Assembly: GCA_030390025.1 (NCBI GenBank) | Contig: CM059432.1 | Span: 122,762,001 to 122,826,000 of the forward strand | Direction: 5' to 3' | From: Squalus acanthias | Lineage: Eukaryota | Length of the DNA: 64,000 bases | In this document: positions 63,871 through 64,000 of the stretch, piece by piece | Layout: the number at the start of each line of letters is the position of its first letter | How positions within the stretch are numbered: position 1 is the first letter of the stretch | The notes under the pieces: model-generated | What the model was told of the DNA's origin: nothing | Databases searched by the model: none | Seen by the model: only the letters and a program-made list of their open reading frames with translations | Program-made: the position numbers and the translations under genes

Positions 63871-64000
63871 TTTTTTAGTCATTCGCGGGATGTGGACGTC
63901 GCTGGCAAGGCCAGCATTTATTGCCCATCCCTAATTGCCCTTGAGAAGGTAGTGGTGAATACAACTGAGTGGCTTGCTCGGCCATTTCAGAGGGACAGTT
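63870..64000 (-). mobile_element. 3' tail of the SINE family seen at 22128-22513 (cut by the window edge)
   Basis: GCTGGCAAGGCCAGCATTTATTGCCCATCCCTAATTGCCCTTGA...CTGAGTGGCTTGCT..GCCATTTCAGAGGG. Confidence 0.8.

Overview
Repeat-saturated vertebrate genomic DNA, most likely a shark or other cartilaginous fish (HE1-type V-SINE, SacSINE1-like DeuSINE, abundant CR1). I found no supportable host protein-coding exon, so the window is probably intergenic or deep intronic. It is a stack of nested transposons: (i) a near full-length CR1 LINE (26695-31598) plus many CR1, L2 and CR1-group fragments; (ii) an unusually dense set of PIF/Harbinger DNA transposons, with 4-5 decayed coding copies (HARBI1-like DDE transposase and/or Myb/SANT partner, two of them not recognisable as Harbinger from the ORF track) and about 10 non-autonomous derivatives with ~12-bp TIRs; (iii) Penelope-like insertions carrying minimal hammerhead ribozymes, two of them inverted hairpins with 12-13 bp TSDs; (iv) tRNA-derived SINEs; (v) two G-rich minisatellite arrays of 2-2.6 kb that grew inside Harbinger elements and explain all the very long ORFs. 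The most notable observations are mismatched Harbinger target duplications, Harbinger-seeded minisatellites, strong splice donors on both strands of Harbinger MITEs, and three hammerhead mini-elements that all landed in one LINE family. Boundaries were read by eye and are approximate unless a TSD or TIR is quoted. Family names come from recalled consensus sequences, not from a database search.
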